A DNA stretch of 64,000 nt from Mayamaea pseudoterrestris (lineage: Eukaryota). The stretch is taken from the NCBI GenBank assembly GCA_027923505.1, contig BROI01000033.1:124001-188000 (forward strand), given 5' to 3'. Below are positions 34,576-47,862 of the stretch, one piece after another (the first letter of the stretch is position 1; the number at the start of each line of letters is the position of its first letter). The translations under genes and the position numbers were made by a program. The notes below the pieces were generated by a model. The model had not been told where the DNA came from and did not search any database. It saw nothing but the letters and a program-made list of their open reading frames with translations.

Positions 34576-37500
34576 ATGGCAATGATATTGGTGACAACTT
34601 GTCACCAGTCTCAGCCCGCAGATGCCGTGACATTCAAACGCCCCTACAGCAGGCCATGTATACAACCAAATGCTACCAGAATTGTGCCAACATCATTATT
34701 CAGGCTGCGCTACAGCAGGATGTATGCCCCAGTGACCGGACGGACAACACCCCCACACACCAGAATGGTGCCAACATCATTATTCAGGCTGCGCCAACAA
34801 AAATGGTATGCCTGGCTAGTGTCTCAGGGGAACGGCAATGATATTGGTGACAACTTGTCACCAGTCTCAGCCTGCAGATGCCGTGACATTCAAACGCCCC
34901 TACAGCAGGCCATGTATACACCCAAATGACACCAGAATGGTGCCAACATCATATTTCAGGCTGCACAACAAGATGGTATGCCTGGCTAGTGTCTCAGGGG
35001 ACGGCAATGATATTGGTGACAACTTGTCACCAGTCTCAGTCTGCAGATGCCGTGACATTCAAACGCCCCTACAGCAGGCCATGTATACACCCAAATGACA
35101 CCAGAATGGTGCCAACATCACTATTCTGGCTGCGCAACAAGATGGTATGCCTGGCTAGTGTCTCAGGGGACGGCAATGATATTGGTGACAACTTGTCACC
35201 AGTCTCAGCCTGCAGATGCCGTGACATTCAAACGCCCTTACAGCAGGCCATGTATACACCCAAATGACACCAGAATGGTGCCAACATCATTATTCAGGCT
35301 GAGCAACAAGATGGTATGCCTGGCTAGTGTCTCAGGGGACGGCAATGATATTGGTGACAACTTGTCACCAGTCTCAGCCTGCAGATGCTGTGACATTTAC
35401 ACACACCCACAGCAGGCCTGTAGGTGCCCACAAAATACACCAGAATGGTGCCAACATCATTATTCAGGCTGCGCTACAAGATGGTATGCCTGGCTAGTGT
35501 CTCAGGGGACGGTAATGATATTGGTGACAACTTGTCACCAGTCTCAGCCTGCAGATGCCGTGACATTCAAATGCCCCTACAGCAGGCTATGTATACACCC
35601 AATTGACACTGGAATGGTGGCAACATCATTATTCAGGCTGCGCTACAAGATGGAAGCCTAGCTATTGTCTCAGGGGACAGCAATGATATTGGTGACAACT
35701 TGTCACCAGTCTCAGCCTGCGGATGCTGTGACATTCAAACGCCCCTACGGCAGGCCATGAATATACCCAAATGACACCAGAATTGTGCCAACATCATTAT
35801 CCAGGCTGCGCTACAAGATGGTATACCTGGCTAGTGTCTCAGGGGGTGGCAATGATATTGGTGACAACTTGTCACCAGTCTTAGCCTGCAGTGACGGTAC
35901 CTTTAACCCCTACAGCAGGCCATGTGCCCAAATGACGGGAAAATTGCCAACATCATTATTCAAGCTGCGCTACAAGATGGTATGCCTGGCTAGTGTCTCA
36001 GGGGACAGCATTGCGATTGGTGACAACTTGTCACCAGTCTCAGCCTGCAGATGACGTGACATTCAAACGCCCCTACAGCAGGCCATGTATACACCCAAAT
36101 GACACCAGAATTGTGCCAACATCATTATCCAGGCTGCGCTACAAGATGGTATGCCTGGCTAGTGTCTCAGGGGATGGCAATGATATTGGTGACAACTTGT
36201 CACCAGTCTCAGCCTGCAGATGCCGTGACATTCAAACGCCCTTACAGCAGGCCATGTATATACCCAAATGCCACCAGAATATTGCCAACATCATTATTCA
36301 GGCTGCGCTACAAGATGGTATGCCTGGCTAGTGTCTCAGGGGACAGTAATGATATTGGTGACAACTTGTCACCAGTCTCAGCCTGCAGATGCCGTGACAT
36401 TCAAACGCCCCTACAGCAGGCCCTGTAGGTGCCCAAAAGACACCAGAATGGTGCCAACATCATTATTCAGGCTGCGCTACAAGATGGTATGCCTGGCTAG
36501 TGTCTCAGGGGACGGTAATGATATTGGTGACAACTTGTCACCAGTCTCAGCCTGCAGATGCGCGTCGAAACCAGCAGGCCATGTATACACCCAAATAACA
36601 CCAGAATGGTGCCAACATCATTATTCAGGCTGCGCAACAAGATGGTATGCCTGGCTTGTGTCTCAGGGGACGGCAATGATATTGGTGACAACTTGTCACC
36701 AGTCTCAGCCTGCAGATGCCGTGACATTCAAACGCTCCTACAGCAGGCCATGTATACACCCAAATGACACCAGAATGGTGCCAACATCATTATTCAGGCT
36801 GCGCAACAAGATGGTATGCCTGGCTAGTGTCTCAGGGGACGGCAATGATATTGGTGACAACTTGTCACCAGTCTCAGCCTGCAGATGCCGTGACATTCAA
36901 ACGCCCTTACAGCAGGCTCTGTATACACCCAAATGACACCAGAATATTGCCAACATCATTATTCAGGCTGCGCTACAAGATGGTATGCCTGGCTAGTGTC
37001 TCAGGGGACGGTAATGATATTGGTGACAACTTGTAATGCCCCTACAGCAGGCCATGTATACACCCAGATGACACCAGAATGGTGCCAACATCATTATTCA
37101 GGCTGCGCTACAAGTGGGTATGCCTGGCTAGTGTCTCAGGGGACGGCAATGATATTGGTGACAACTTGTCACCAGTCTCAGCCTGCAGATGCCGTGACAT
37201 TCAAACGCCCCTACAGCAGGCCATGTATACACCCAAATGACACCAGAATGGTGCCAACATCACTATTCAGGCTGCGCAACAAGATGGTATGCCTGGCTAG
37301 TGTCTCAGGGGACGGCAATGATATTGATGACAACTTGTCACCAGTCTGAGCCTGCAGATGCCGTGACATTCAAACGCCCCTACAGCAGGCCCTGTAGGTG
37401 CCCAAAATACACCAGAATGGTGCCATCATCATTATTCAGGCTGCGCTACAAGATGGTATGCCTGGATAGTGTCTCAGGGGACAGCAATGACATTGGTGAC

Positions 37501-40500
37501 AACTTGTCACCAGTCTCAGCCTTCAGATGCCATGACATTCAAACGCCTTTGCAGCAGGCCATGAATATACCCAAATGACACCAGAATGGTGCCAACATCA
37601 TTATTCAGGCTGCGCTACAAGCTGGTATGCGTGGCTAGTGTCTAAGGGGACGGCAATGATATTGGTGACAACTTGTCACCAGTCTCAGCCTGCAGATGCC
37701 ATGACATTCAAACGCCCCTACAGCAGGCCATGTATACACCCAAATGACACCAGAATTGTGCCAACATCATTATCCAGGCTGCGCAACAAGATGGTATACC
37801 TGGCTAGTGTCTCAGGGGATGGCAATGATATTGGTGACAACTTGTCACCAGTCTCAGCCTGCAGATGCCGTGGCATTCAAACGCCCCTACAGCAGGCCAT
37901 GTGTATACCCAAATGTCACCAGAAAATTGCCAACATCATTATTCAAGCTGCGCTACAAGATGGTATGCCTGGTTAGTGTCTCAGGGGACAGCAATGATAT
38001 TGGTGACAACTTGTCACCAGTCTCAGCCCGCAGCTGCCGTGACATTCAAACGCCCCTACAGTAAGCCCTGAAGGTGCCTAAAATAACCAGAATAGTGCCA
38101 ACATCATTATTCAGGCTGCGCTACAAGATGGTATACCTGGCTAGTGTCTCAGGGGATGGCAATGATATTGGTGACAACTTGTCACCAGTCTCAGCCTGCA
38201 GATGCCGTGACATTCAAACGCCCCTACAGCAGGCCATGTATATACCCAAATGTCACCAGAATATTGCCAATATCATTATTCAAGCTCCCTACAAGATGGT
38301 ATGCCTGGCTAGTGTCTCAGGGGACAGCAATGATATTGGTGACAACTTGTCACCAGTCTCAGCCCGCAGATGCCATGACATTCAAACGCCCCTACAGCAA
38401 GCCCTGTAGGTGCCCAAAATACACCAGAATGGTGCCAACATCAATATTCAGGCTGCGCTACAAGATGGTATGCCTAGCTATTGTCTCAGGGGACCGTAAT
38501 GATATTGGTGACAACTTGTCACCAGTCTCAGCCTGCAGATGCCGTGACATTCAAATGCCCCTACAGCAGGCCATGTATACACCCAAATGACACCAGAATG
38601 GTGCCAACATCATTATTCAGGTTGCGCTACAAGATGGTATGCCTGGCTAGTGTCTCAGGGGATGGCAATGATATTGGTGACAACTTGTCACCAGTCTCAC
38701 CCGCAGATGCCGTGACATTCAAACGCCCCTACAGCAGGCCATGTATACACCCAAATGACACCAGAATGGTGCCAACATCATTTTTCAGGCTGCGCAACAA
38801 GATGGTATGCCTGGCTAGTGTCTCAGGGGACGGCAATGATATTGGTGACAACTTGTCACCAGTCTCAGCCTGCAGATGCCGTGACATTCAAACGCCCCTA
38901 CAGCAGGCCATGTATACACCCAAATGACACCAGAATGGTGCCAACATCATTATTCAGGCTGAGCAACAAGATGGTATGCCTGGCTAGTGTCTCAGGGGAC
39001 GGCAATGATATTGGTGACAACTTGTCACCAGTCTCAGCCTGCAGATGCCGTGACATTCAAACGCCCCTACAGCAGGCCCTGTAGGTGCCCAAAATACACC
39101 AGAATATTGCCAACATCATTATTCAGGCTGCGCTACAAGATGGTATGCCTGGCTAGTGTCTCAGGGGACGGTAATGATATTGGTGACAACTTGTCACCAG
39201 TCTCAGCCTGCAGATGCCGTGACATTCAAATGCCCCTACAGCAGGCCATGTATACACCCAGATGACACCAGAATGGTGCCAACATCATTATTCAGGCTGC
39301 GCTACAAGATGATATGCCTGGCTCGTGTCTCAGGGGACGGTAATGATATTGGTGACAACTTGTCACCAGTCTCAGCCTGCAGATGCCGTGACATTCAAAT
39401 GCCCCTATAGCAGGCCATGTATACACCCAAATGACACCAGAATGGTGCCAACATCATTATTCAGGCTGCGCAACAAGATGGTATGCCTGGCTAGTGTCTC
39501 AGGAAACGGCAATGATATTGGTGACAACTTGTCACCAGTCTCAGCCTGCAGATGCCGTGACATTCAAACGCCTTTACAGCAGGCCATGTATACACCCAAA
39601 TGACACCAGCATGGTGCCAACATCATTATTCAGGCTGCGCAACAAGATGGTATGCCTGGCTAGTGTCTCAGCGGACAGCAATGATATTGGTGACAACTTG
39701 TCACCAGTCTCAGCCTGCAGATGCCGTGACATTCAAACGCCCTTACAGCAGGCCATGTATACACCCAAATGACACCAGAATGGTGCCAACATCATTATTC
39801 AGGCTGAGCAACAAGATGGTATGCCTGGCTAGTGTCTCAGGGGACGGCAATGATATTGGTGACAACTTGTCACCAGTCTCAGCCTGCAGATGCCGTGACA
39901 TTCAAACGCCCCTACAGCAGGCCCTGTAGGTGCCCAAAATACACCAGAATATTGCCAACATCATTATTCAGGCTGCGCTACAAAATGGTATGCCTGGATA
40001 TTGTCTCAGGGGATGGCAATGATATTGGTGACAACTTGTCACCAGTCTCAGCCTGCAGATGCCGTGACATTCAAACGCCCCTACCGTACAGCAGGCCATG
40101 TATACACCCAAATGACACCAGAATGGTGCCATGATCATTATACAAACTGCGCCACAAGATGGTATGCCTGGCTAGTGTCTCATGGGACAACAATGATATT
40201 GGTAACAACTTGTCACCAGTCTCAGCCCGCGGATGCCGTGACATTCAAACGCCCCTAGAACAGGCCATGAGTTTACCCAAATGACACCAGAATGGTGCCA
40301 ACATCATTATTCAGGTTGCGCTACAAGATAGTATGCCTGGCTAGTGTCTCAGGGGATGGCAATGATATTGGTGACAACTTGTCACCAGTCTCAGCCTGCA
40401 GATGCCGTGACATTCAAACGCCCCTACAGCAGGCCATGTATACACCCAAATGACACCAGAATGGTGCCAACATCATTATTCAAATTGCGCTACAAGATGG

Positions 40501-41114
40501 TATGCCTGGCTAGTGTCTCAGGGGACGGCAATGATATTGGTGACAACTTGTCACCAGTCTCAGCCTGCAGATGCCGTGACATTCAAACGCCCCTACAGCA
40601 GGCCATGTATACACCCAAATGACACCAGAATGGTGCCAACATCATTATTCAGGCTGCGCAACAAGATGGTATGCCTGGCTAGTGTCTCAGGGGATGGCAA
40701 TGATATTGGTGACAACTTGTCACCAGTCTCAGCCTGCAGATGCCGTGACATTCAAACGCCCCTACAGCAGGCCCTGTAGGTGCCCAAATGACACCAGAAT
40801 GGTGCCAACATCATTATTCAGGCTGCGCTACAAGATGGTATGCCTGGCTAGTGTCTCAGGGGATGGCAATGATATTGGTGACAACTTGTCACCAGTCTCA
40901 GCCTGCAGATGCCGTGACATTCAAACGCCCCTACAGCAAGCCCTGTAGGTGCCCAAAATACACCAGAATGGTGCCAACATCATTATTCAGGCTGCCCTAC
41001 AAGATGGTATGCCTGGCTAGTGTCTCAGGGGATGGCAATGATATTGGTGACAACTTGTCACCAGTCTCAGCCTGCAGATGCCGTGACATTCAAACGCCCC
41101 TACAGCAGGCCATG
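34576..41114 (+). repeat. Tandem satellite, 169-bp monomer, about 38-39 copies
   Basis: GGCAATGATATT at 35003, 35172, 35341 and onward; almost every unit carries TGGTGACAACTTGTCACCA. Confidence 0.98.
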
Positions 41115-41443
41115 TGACACGATAATATCAGACGAACCTTTATCCCAGCGACTACAATGGACTCGGAGCGATCAACCTCTCTCTCTCTGTCTCAGTTAAA
41201 CATAGCAAACATATCTATACTCCCTTGGCACAAACGTCAGCAGAAAGCCATGTACACGCATTACACGCGGTGCCGGCTCACTGGTTCTACTTGGCCGAGC
41301 TTCCGTCTCCGGGGACGCATGATTGTCACTTGAGGTCTGGTCTCATATGTGCTGACTCACCCCCCAGGATGTATACACAAAAACAGGAGCTAACCGGCTT
41401 GTCATGAGACGAGGTCCGCTACAACTCGATAATATTGTGTCGA
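41115..41443 (-). repeat. 3' LTR (divergent or garbled middle)
   Basis: First ~65 bp match the LTR at 49735, including the TATCCCAG variant; ends ATATTGTGTCGA. Confidence 0.8.
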
Positions 41444-42312
41444 TCCCCTTGATTAGGCTTGTGACAACAGGTTTGCGTATCACCAGTCTCAGAGGTCATA
41501 GATGCAGTGCATGTCGAAAACGGCATCAACGCCGCTTCATGCCATGCGCTCAGCACAACATTGTTGCAGGCTGGCGCGTTGAAAAACTGGGGTAGGTGCG
41601 GTTAGAAAGTGGGAGGCGGGATTGTTGACGACTTCTTGACACTTTTCGTTGTCGCCGAACATCCAGGCTGGTCCACTCAAAGAAACTCCCAACATGTAGG
41701 GGTATCGGAACCATAATCTGTTCCGTCGCGGTCTTGGCTTAAGACGACGAACTCGCGGATCCGTGCACGTTGCAGTCTCGGGCCAGTAGTCTGACGCTTG
41801 CAGAACCATTCGATGGGCGTCTGGTTCAGGAAATGCAGGACTCTCATTGCGGAATGTCCAGTAGTGTAATCATGGTACAGGTTCGCGTCCATAAAGGTAG
41901 TTAGTTGCACAGGCTTGCCCTTCGGGATCGGCATGTTCCACGGAAGCTCTTGCGTTGAGGTTGCCGTAGACCGATTGCAACCAATCATACTTGATAGGCT
42001 CTCCGTGATCAACGATCTTCGTCCGGAAACGAATCGCCGCATCAGGGTACTCAGCTAGGGTAACCGCAGACTCGCTTGGCTCGGTCAGGTGTCCGCGGCG
42101 CGGGGGCGCAACGGAATCGGCCAAGTGTCATTACGGCACAATGAATGTCAGGTCGACATAGGTCACTGCTCACTGGAGGGCACTGATAAGAGACTGGTTG
42201 GTACTGCGCATGCCACGGGCATTCAGCAGTTTAGGGTGCATTCACGGGACTTCGCTTCAAGCATTCACTTTCAAACATGGTTCGTATTCTTGAGCATCAC
42301 GTATTCCTTGCC

Positions 42313-42540
42313 TCACGCATTCACGCATTCACGTATTGACTCACTTCGCATTCACGCATTCACGCATTTATGCATTCGACGCATTCATGCATTCACATTC
42401 CTTCACGATCACTCATTCATGCATTCACGCATTCGATTCACGCATCACGCATTCACGCATTCACGCATTCATGCGTCACGTTTCACGCATTTCACGCATC
42501 ACTCATTCATGCTCACGCATTACGCTCACGCATTCACGCA
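42313..42540. repeat. Degenerate (TTCACGCA)n tract replacing part of RT
   Basis: Many CACGCATT units between RT-derived flanks. Confidence 0.85.
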
Positions 42541-42907
42541 GCCATCCCATTATAAATGCCTTGTTGATGACCAAGGTATGGCCTTCCAATGGTCCAAACT
42601 CGGACCGGGCAACAATGTAGACCTTTTCGCTTGGTCTTGGCCTCGAGGTAGGCGTTACCGACATCGGCAGCCCAAAACTTGAGTCGTTCAGTTCAGCGAT
42701 TATTTCGGATGCTTCGGAAAACGCCGGAAGGGGGAGCTGGGCGGAGCGGTCAAATGTCCCCCCGGCGACGAGTCGGGCCTTACGTCGTAGATCGTTCTTG
42801 CAGTCGAAAACAAGATGCGCGCGTTGGTGCGCTTCAGTCACTTTCCATGAAGGCACCGTCGTCGATTGTCGATCGTAGCTCTGTAGCTCATCTCAGTCTT
42901 GACGGCG

Positions 42908-44992
42908 TCACAGCCAGGGTGTTTCCATTAGCAGCGTCGGTTGCTTCCTTCCAGGTAGAGAATACGCCAAACTTGAAACGCGCCGCGCTTCTTGGACACG
43001 GTTCTTCTTTGCAGCCTTGCACATGCGGTTAAACAGTTTAGTGCATCCTGCCATGCGCCTCAAGCGCTTCCATCCATCCTTTTCCAGCATACCCTTGCGC
43101 TTGCCATACTCGGCAACGGTCACAGGGTCGGACTTGATAATCAATGCGAGTGGCTCCCAGGTCTTCTCGCCATTTGCCCATTGGATGAGCAAGTTGTAGG
43201 ATGAGCCGCGATACGTAGCGTCGGCTTGTGTCAGTGGACCTTCATGTCCGTCAATGAAATCAAACTTGTAGTACTGGTCGTCGTTGTCATCGTCCCCCAG
43301 TCGTAAAGAATCTTGCCGCTCGCACAGGTCGGCTAGTTCGTTGTAGGTAATAAGCTCGTCGACGTCGCCGTCGCCAAGACTCAATCGGAACTTGATGATC
43401 TTGTGGTTGGCTTCATCGCGATCGTTCAGTTGCTCGATAACCTTGTAACGTCGCGTGGAGCCGTCTTCCTCGTCAAGAAGGACAGTGCGTCCCATCAGTT
43501 CAGCCGGAGTAAAGGACGGCATGGGTCCGTCGGGATCCAAACCGGCTAACTCGGCAGCGCTTTCCAACGTGAATGCGTCTTCATCCACGGTTCCCCCAGA
43601 ATCAGGCGCTGGGGTCGGTGTAAGGTCGTGTTCAAACACCGGACCGACTAGGTCATACTCATCGTCAAACTCGTCGACAGTTTCGACTTGGACTCGTTCA
43701 CGCGCGGGGCGTGCGTCAAAGACAGGTTCCGCGAACAGTGGTCGTTCGGACTCGGGTTCAGGAGCGCCTTCAGCTTCAGCGCGTAGGTTACGTCCTTCGG
43801 AGAAGGGACGAACGTTGGATCGGACGACAACCATTCCAGTCCGATCGGATCGAACTTGGTACGTGAGGATGTCACCCTTGTTCTCTGCAATGCCGACCCA
43901 GCGTCCTGCTGCTTCCTTGGTGTGAGGAAATGTCGGCGGCTCGTCGGCTCCAGCCTCGTACAGGACTCGTTCCCAGAACTTGAACTGCAGGAACGGCGAA
44001 ATGTCGGGTACTCGGTTGAAGGCGGCTTCAGTAGGGGTCTTCCAGTTGAGGGACTCGGTCGCCAGATTGTTGAATAAGGCGATTACGTACAGCGCGCATA
44101 GGAGCCAGGCTCCAGCGGGTGCGCCCGTACGGTTCATGATGTTCTGGACTGATGACTTGACTTCTTGGATGCGACGCTCGGCAGGGTTCTGGTTCTGGTA
44201 TCCGGGCTCGCTCTGTTGGTCACGAATCGCGTAGAATCGCAACAAGGTTTCAACTTGCTTCCCGAGCTGCACTCGCGAGTTATCGCTAATGAGCAAGTCG
44301 GGAGCGCCAATGTCTCGAATGAAGTCTTCGAGCGCCATGGGCATGTCACTCTCGGTTCTCAGTGGGTATCCCCTCGTCAGCAGACTCTTCTTGCCGACGA
44401 ACAGTTGCATCATCTTGCATCCGCCATGGCCGCGGATTCCGTTGTTAAAGGCGGCTTCCTTGGAAAACCAGGTATCTGTCGCCGTATCGTCATGGAAACG
44501 AATCACATTGGCGGCAGGGAATCGCGACTTAAAGTGTTGGCGAAATGGGGTGTGTGCCGATGCACGGAAAAGCTGTGTCGTATTCTTAATGGTGCGCTTG
44601 ACTCGTTCAAGTGGCGTGTAGCCAAGGTAGGGTCGAAGCGCTTGGTAGTCAGGTTCTTGTGGCATTATGCGTCGTGCATTGGCTTGGCGCGTCGTATCAG
44701 CCTGATTGCGATCGACATACTGCACCACACGTTCCACTGAGTTCATGTTGTTCCGGTAGGTGGCGTCGCCGAAGTCATCCATGCGGGCGTCGACGAAACC
44801 GTGGTTTTCTTCCAATTCGTCGAAGCGACGATTAAACTCAAGTTCTTCTTCGTTCCATTCATTATCCAACTCCGCCGGATCCCAAAGGGTGTCCGCAGAG
44901 AAAATGACCGTCGGATACATTTCCAACTCTGCGTCCGTCGGCGGACGCAACAGCCAAGCCGCGGATCGCCAAAGGGGATGGTCTTGCCACAA
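42908..44992 (-). pseudogene. Integrase plus chromodomain-like pol fragment (694-aa ORF), copy 1
   Basis: DDE motifs and YYKFDFIDGHEG...YNLLIQWANGEKTWEPL in one frame. Confidence 0.85.
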
Positions 44993-45777
44993 CTGGTGAC
45001 AATGGCTTGTGCTCCATTCTGGGAGCGAGCGACGTCGTCGATCAGATGGCCGAACGAACGAAGCTGCGATGGAGCATGAATGGATTCAGCACCGTCGTAC
45101 AAAGCATACTGGTTGAACTGACCGATAATGGGTCCAGTCCGAGTCTCAATCAATGCGACGCCAGTTCCGACTTGGAGGTCGCGAACCGTGTGGTCGCTCA
45201 AACCTGTCACGTTACACGTGTGGTTGGTAGTACTCAAGATTCTCATATCGCTTCCAGCGAGCCCACCGTTCGCACCGCCGTCAATCAGCGATCCTTGGCG
45301 AGTCTCGTTGCTGCGAGCTCGATTCACAGTGTAGCGCACCGATACCATTGCGCGGTAACGGCGGCCGTCGCTTCCCATAAACTCTTGCTGGGTGTTGTTC
45401 GCAGCTTGAGTGTGAGACGACGCAAATGCCTTGTTGATGACCAAGGTATGGCCTTCCAATGGTCCAAACTCGGACCGGGCAACAATGTAGACCTTTTCGC
45501 TTGGTCTTGGCCTCGAGGTAGGCGTTACCGACATCGGCAGCCCAAAACTTGAGTCGTTCAGTTCAGCGATTATTTCGGATGCTTCGGAAAACGCCGGAAG
45601 GGGGAGCTGGGCGGAGCGGTCAAATGTCCCCCCGGCGACGAGTCGGGCCTTACGTCGTAGATCGTTCTTGCAGTCGAAAACAAGATGCGCGCGTTGGTGC
45701 GCTTCAGTCACTTTCCATGAAGGCACCGTCGTCGATTGTCGATCGTAGCTCTGTAGCTCATCTCAGTCTTGACGGCG

Positions 45778-47862
45778 TCACAGCCAGGGTGTTTCCATTA
45801 GCAGCGTCGGTTGCTTCCTTCCAGGTAGAGAATACGCCAAACTTGAAACGCGCCGCGCTTCTTGGACACGGTTCTTCTTTGCAGCCTTGCACATGCGGTT
45901 AAACAGTTTAGTGCATCCTGCCATGCGCCTCAAGCGCTTCCATCCATCCTTTTCCAGCATACCCTTGCGCTTGCCATACTCGGCAACGGTCACAGGGTCG
46001 GACTTGATAATCAATGCGAGTGGCTCCCAGGTCTTCTCGCCATTTGCCCATTGGATGAGCAAGTTGTAGGATGAGCCGCGATACGTAGCGTCGGCTTGTG
46101 TCAGTGGACCTTCATGTCCGTCAATGAAATCAAACTTGTAGTACTGGTCGTCGTTGTCATCGTCCCCCAGTCGTAAAGAATCTTGCCGCTCGCACAGGTC
46201 GGCTAGTTCGTTGTAGGTAATAAGCTCGTCGACGTCGCCGTCGCCAAGACTCAATCGGAACTTGATGATCTTGTGGTTGGCTTCATCGCGATCGTTCAGT
46301 TGCTCGATAACCTTGTAACGTCGCGTGGAGCCGTCTTCCTCGTCAAGAAGGACAGTGCGTCCCATCAGTTCAGCCGGAGTAAAGGACGGCATGGGTCCGT
46401 CGGGATCCAAACCGGCTAACTCGGCAGCGCTTTCCAACGTGAATGCGTCTTCATCCACGGTTCCCCCAGAATCAGGCGCTGGGGTCGGTGTAAGGTCGTG
46501 TTCAAACACCGGACCGACTAGGTCATACTCATCGTCAAACTCGTCGACAGTTTCGACTTGGACTCGTTCACGCGCGGGGCGTGCGTCAAAGACAGGTTCC
46601 GCGAACAGTGGTCGTTCGGACTCGGGTTCAGGAGCGCCTTCAGCTTCAGCGCGTAGGTTACGTCCTTCGGAGAAGGGACGAACGTTGGATCGGACGACAA
46701 CCATTCCAGTCCGATCGGATCGAACTTGGTACGTGAGGATGTCACCCTTGTTCTCTGCAATGCCGACCCAGCGTCCTGCTGCTTCCTTGGTGTGAGGAAA
46801 TGTCGGCGGCTCGTCGGCTCCAGCCTCGTACAGGACTCGTTCCCAGAACTTGAACTGCAGGAACGGCGAAATGTCGGGTACTCGGTTGAAGGCGGCTTCA
46901 GTAGGGGTCTTCCAGTTGAGGGACTCGGTCGCCAGATTGTTGAATAAGGCGATTACGTACAGCGCGCATAGGAGCCAGGCTCCAGCGGGTGCGCCCGTAC
47001 GGTTCATGATGTTCTGGACTGATGACTTGACTTCTTGGATGCGACGCTCGGCAGGGTTCTGGTTCTGGTATCCGGGCTCGCTCTGTTGGTCACGAATCGC
47101 GTAGAATCGCAACAAGGTTTCAACTTGCTTCCCGAGCTGCACTCGCGAGTTATCGCTAATGAGCAAGTCGGGAGCGCCAATGTCTCGAATGAAGTCTTCG
47201 AGCGCCATGGGCATGTCACTCTCGGTTCTCAGTGGGTATCCCCTCGTCAGCAGACTCTTCTTGCCGACGAACAGTTGCATCATCTTGCATCCGCCATGGC
47301 CGCGGATTCCGTTGTTAAAGGCGGCTTCCTTGGAAAACCAGGTATCTGTCGCCGTATCGTCATGGAAACGAATCACATTGGCGGCAGGGAATCGCGACTT
47401 AAAGTGTTGGCGAAATGGGGTGTGTGCCGATGCACGGAAAAGCTGTGTCGTATTCTTAATGGTGCGCTTGACTCGTTCAAGTGGCGTGTAGCCAAGGTAG
47501 GGTCGAAGCGCTTGGTAGTCAGGTTCTTGTGGCATTATGCGTCGTGCATTGGCTTGGCGCGTCGTATCAGCCTGATTGCGATCGACATACTGCACCACAC
47601 GTTCCACTGAGTTCATGTTGTTCCGGTAGGTGGCGTCGCCGAAGTCATCCATGCGGGCGTCGACGAAACCGTGGTTTTCTTCCAATTCGTCGAAGCGACG
47701 ATTAAACTCAAGTTCTTCTTCGTTCCATTCATTATCCAACTCCGCCGGATCCCAAAGGGTGTCCGCAGAGAAAATGACCGTCGGATACATTTCCAACTCT
47801 GCGTCCGTCGGCGGACGCAACAGCCAAGCCGCGGATCGCCAAAGGGGATGGTCTTGCCACAA
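45778..47862 (-). pseudogene. Integrase plus chromodomain-like pol fragment (694-aa ORF), copy 2
   Basis: Same translation, offset 2870 bp. Confidence 0.85.

Noticed and set aside
34576..41114. CRISPR-like array suggested by the regularly spaced palindrome
   Set aside because: The intervening ~150 bp are near-identical rather than unique spacers; no cas genes; eukaryotic context
34549..41117. Repetitive ORFs such as MVPTSLFRLRYKMVC
   Set aside because: By-products of a 169-bp unit (not a multiple of 3) cycling through frames with regular stops
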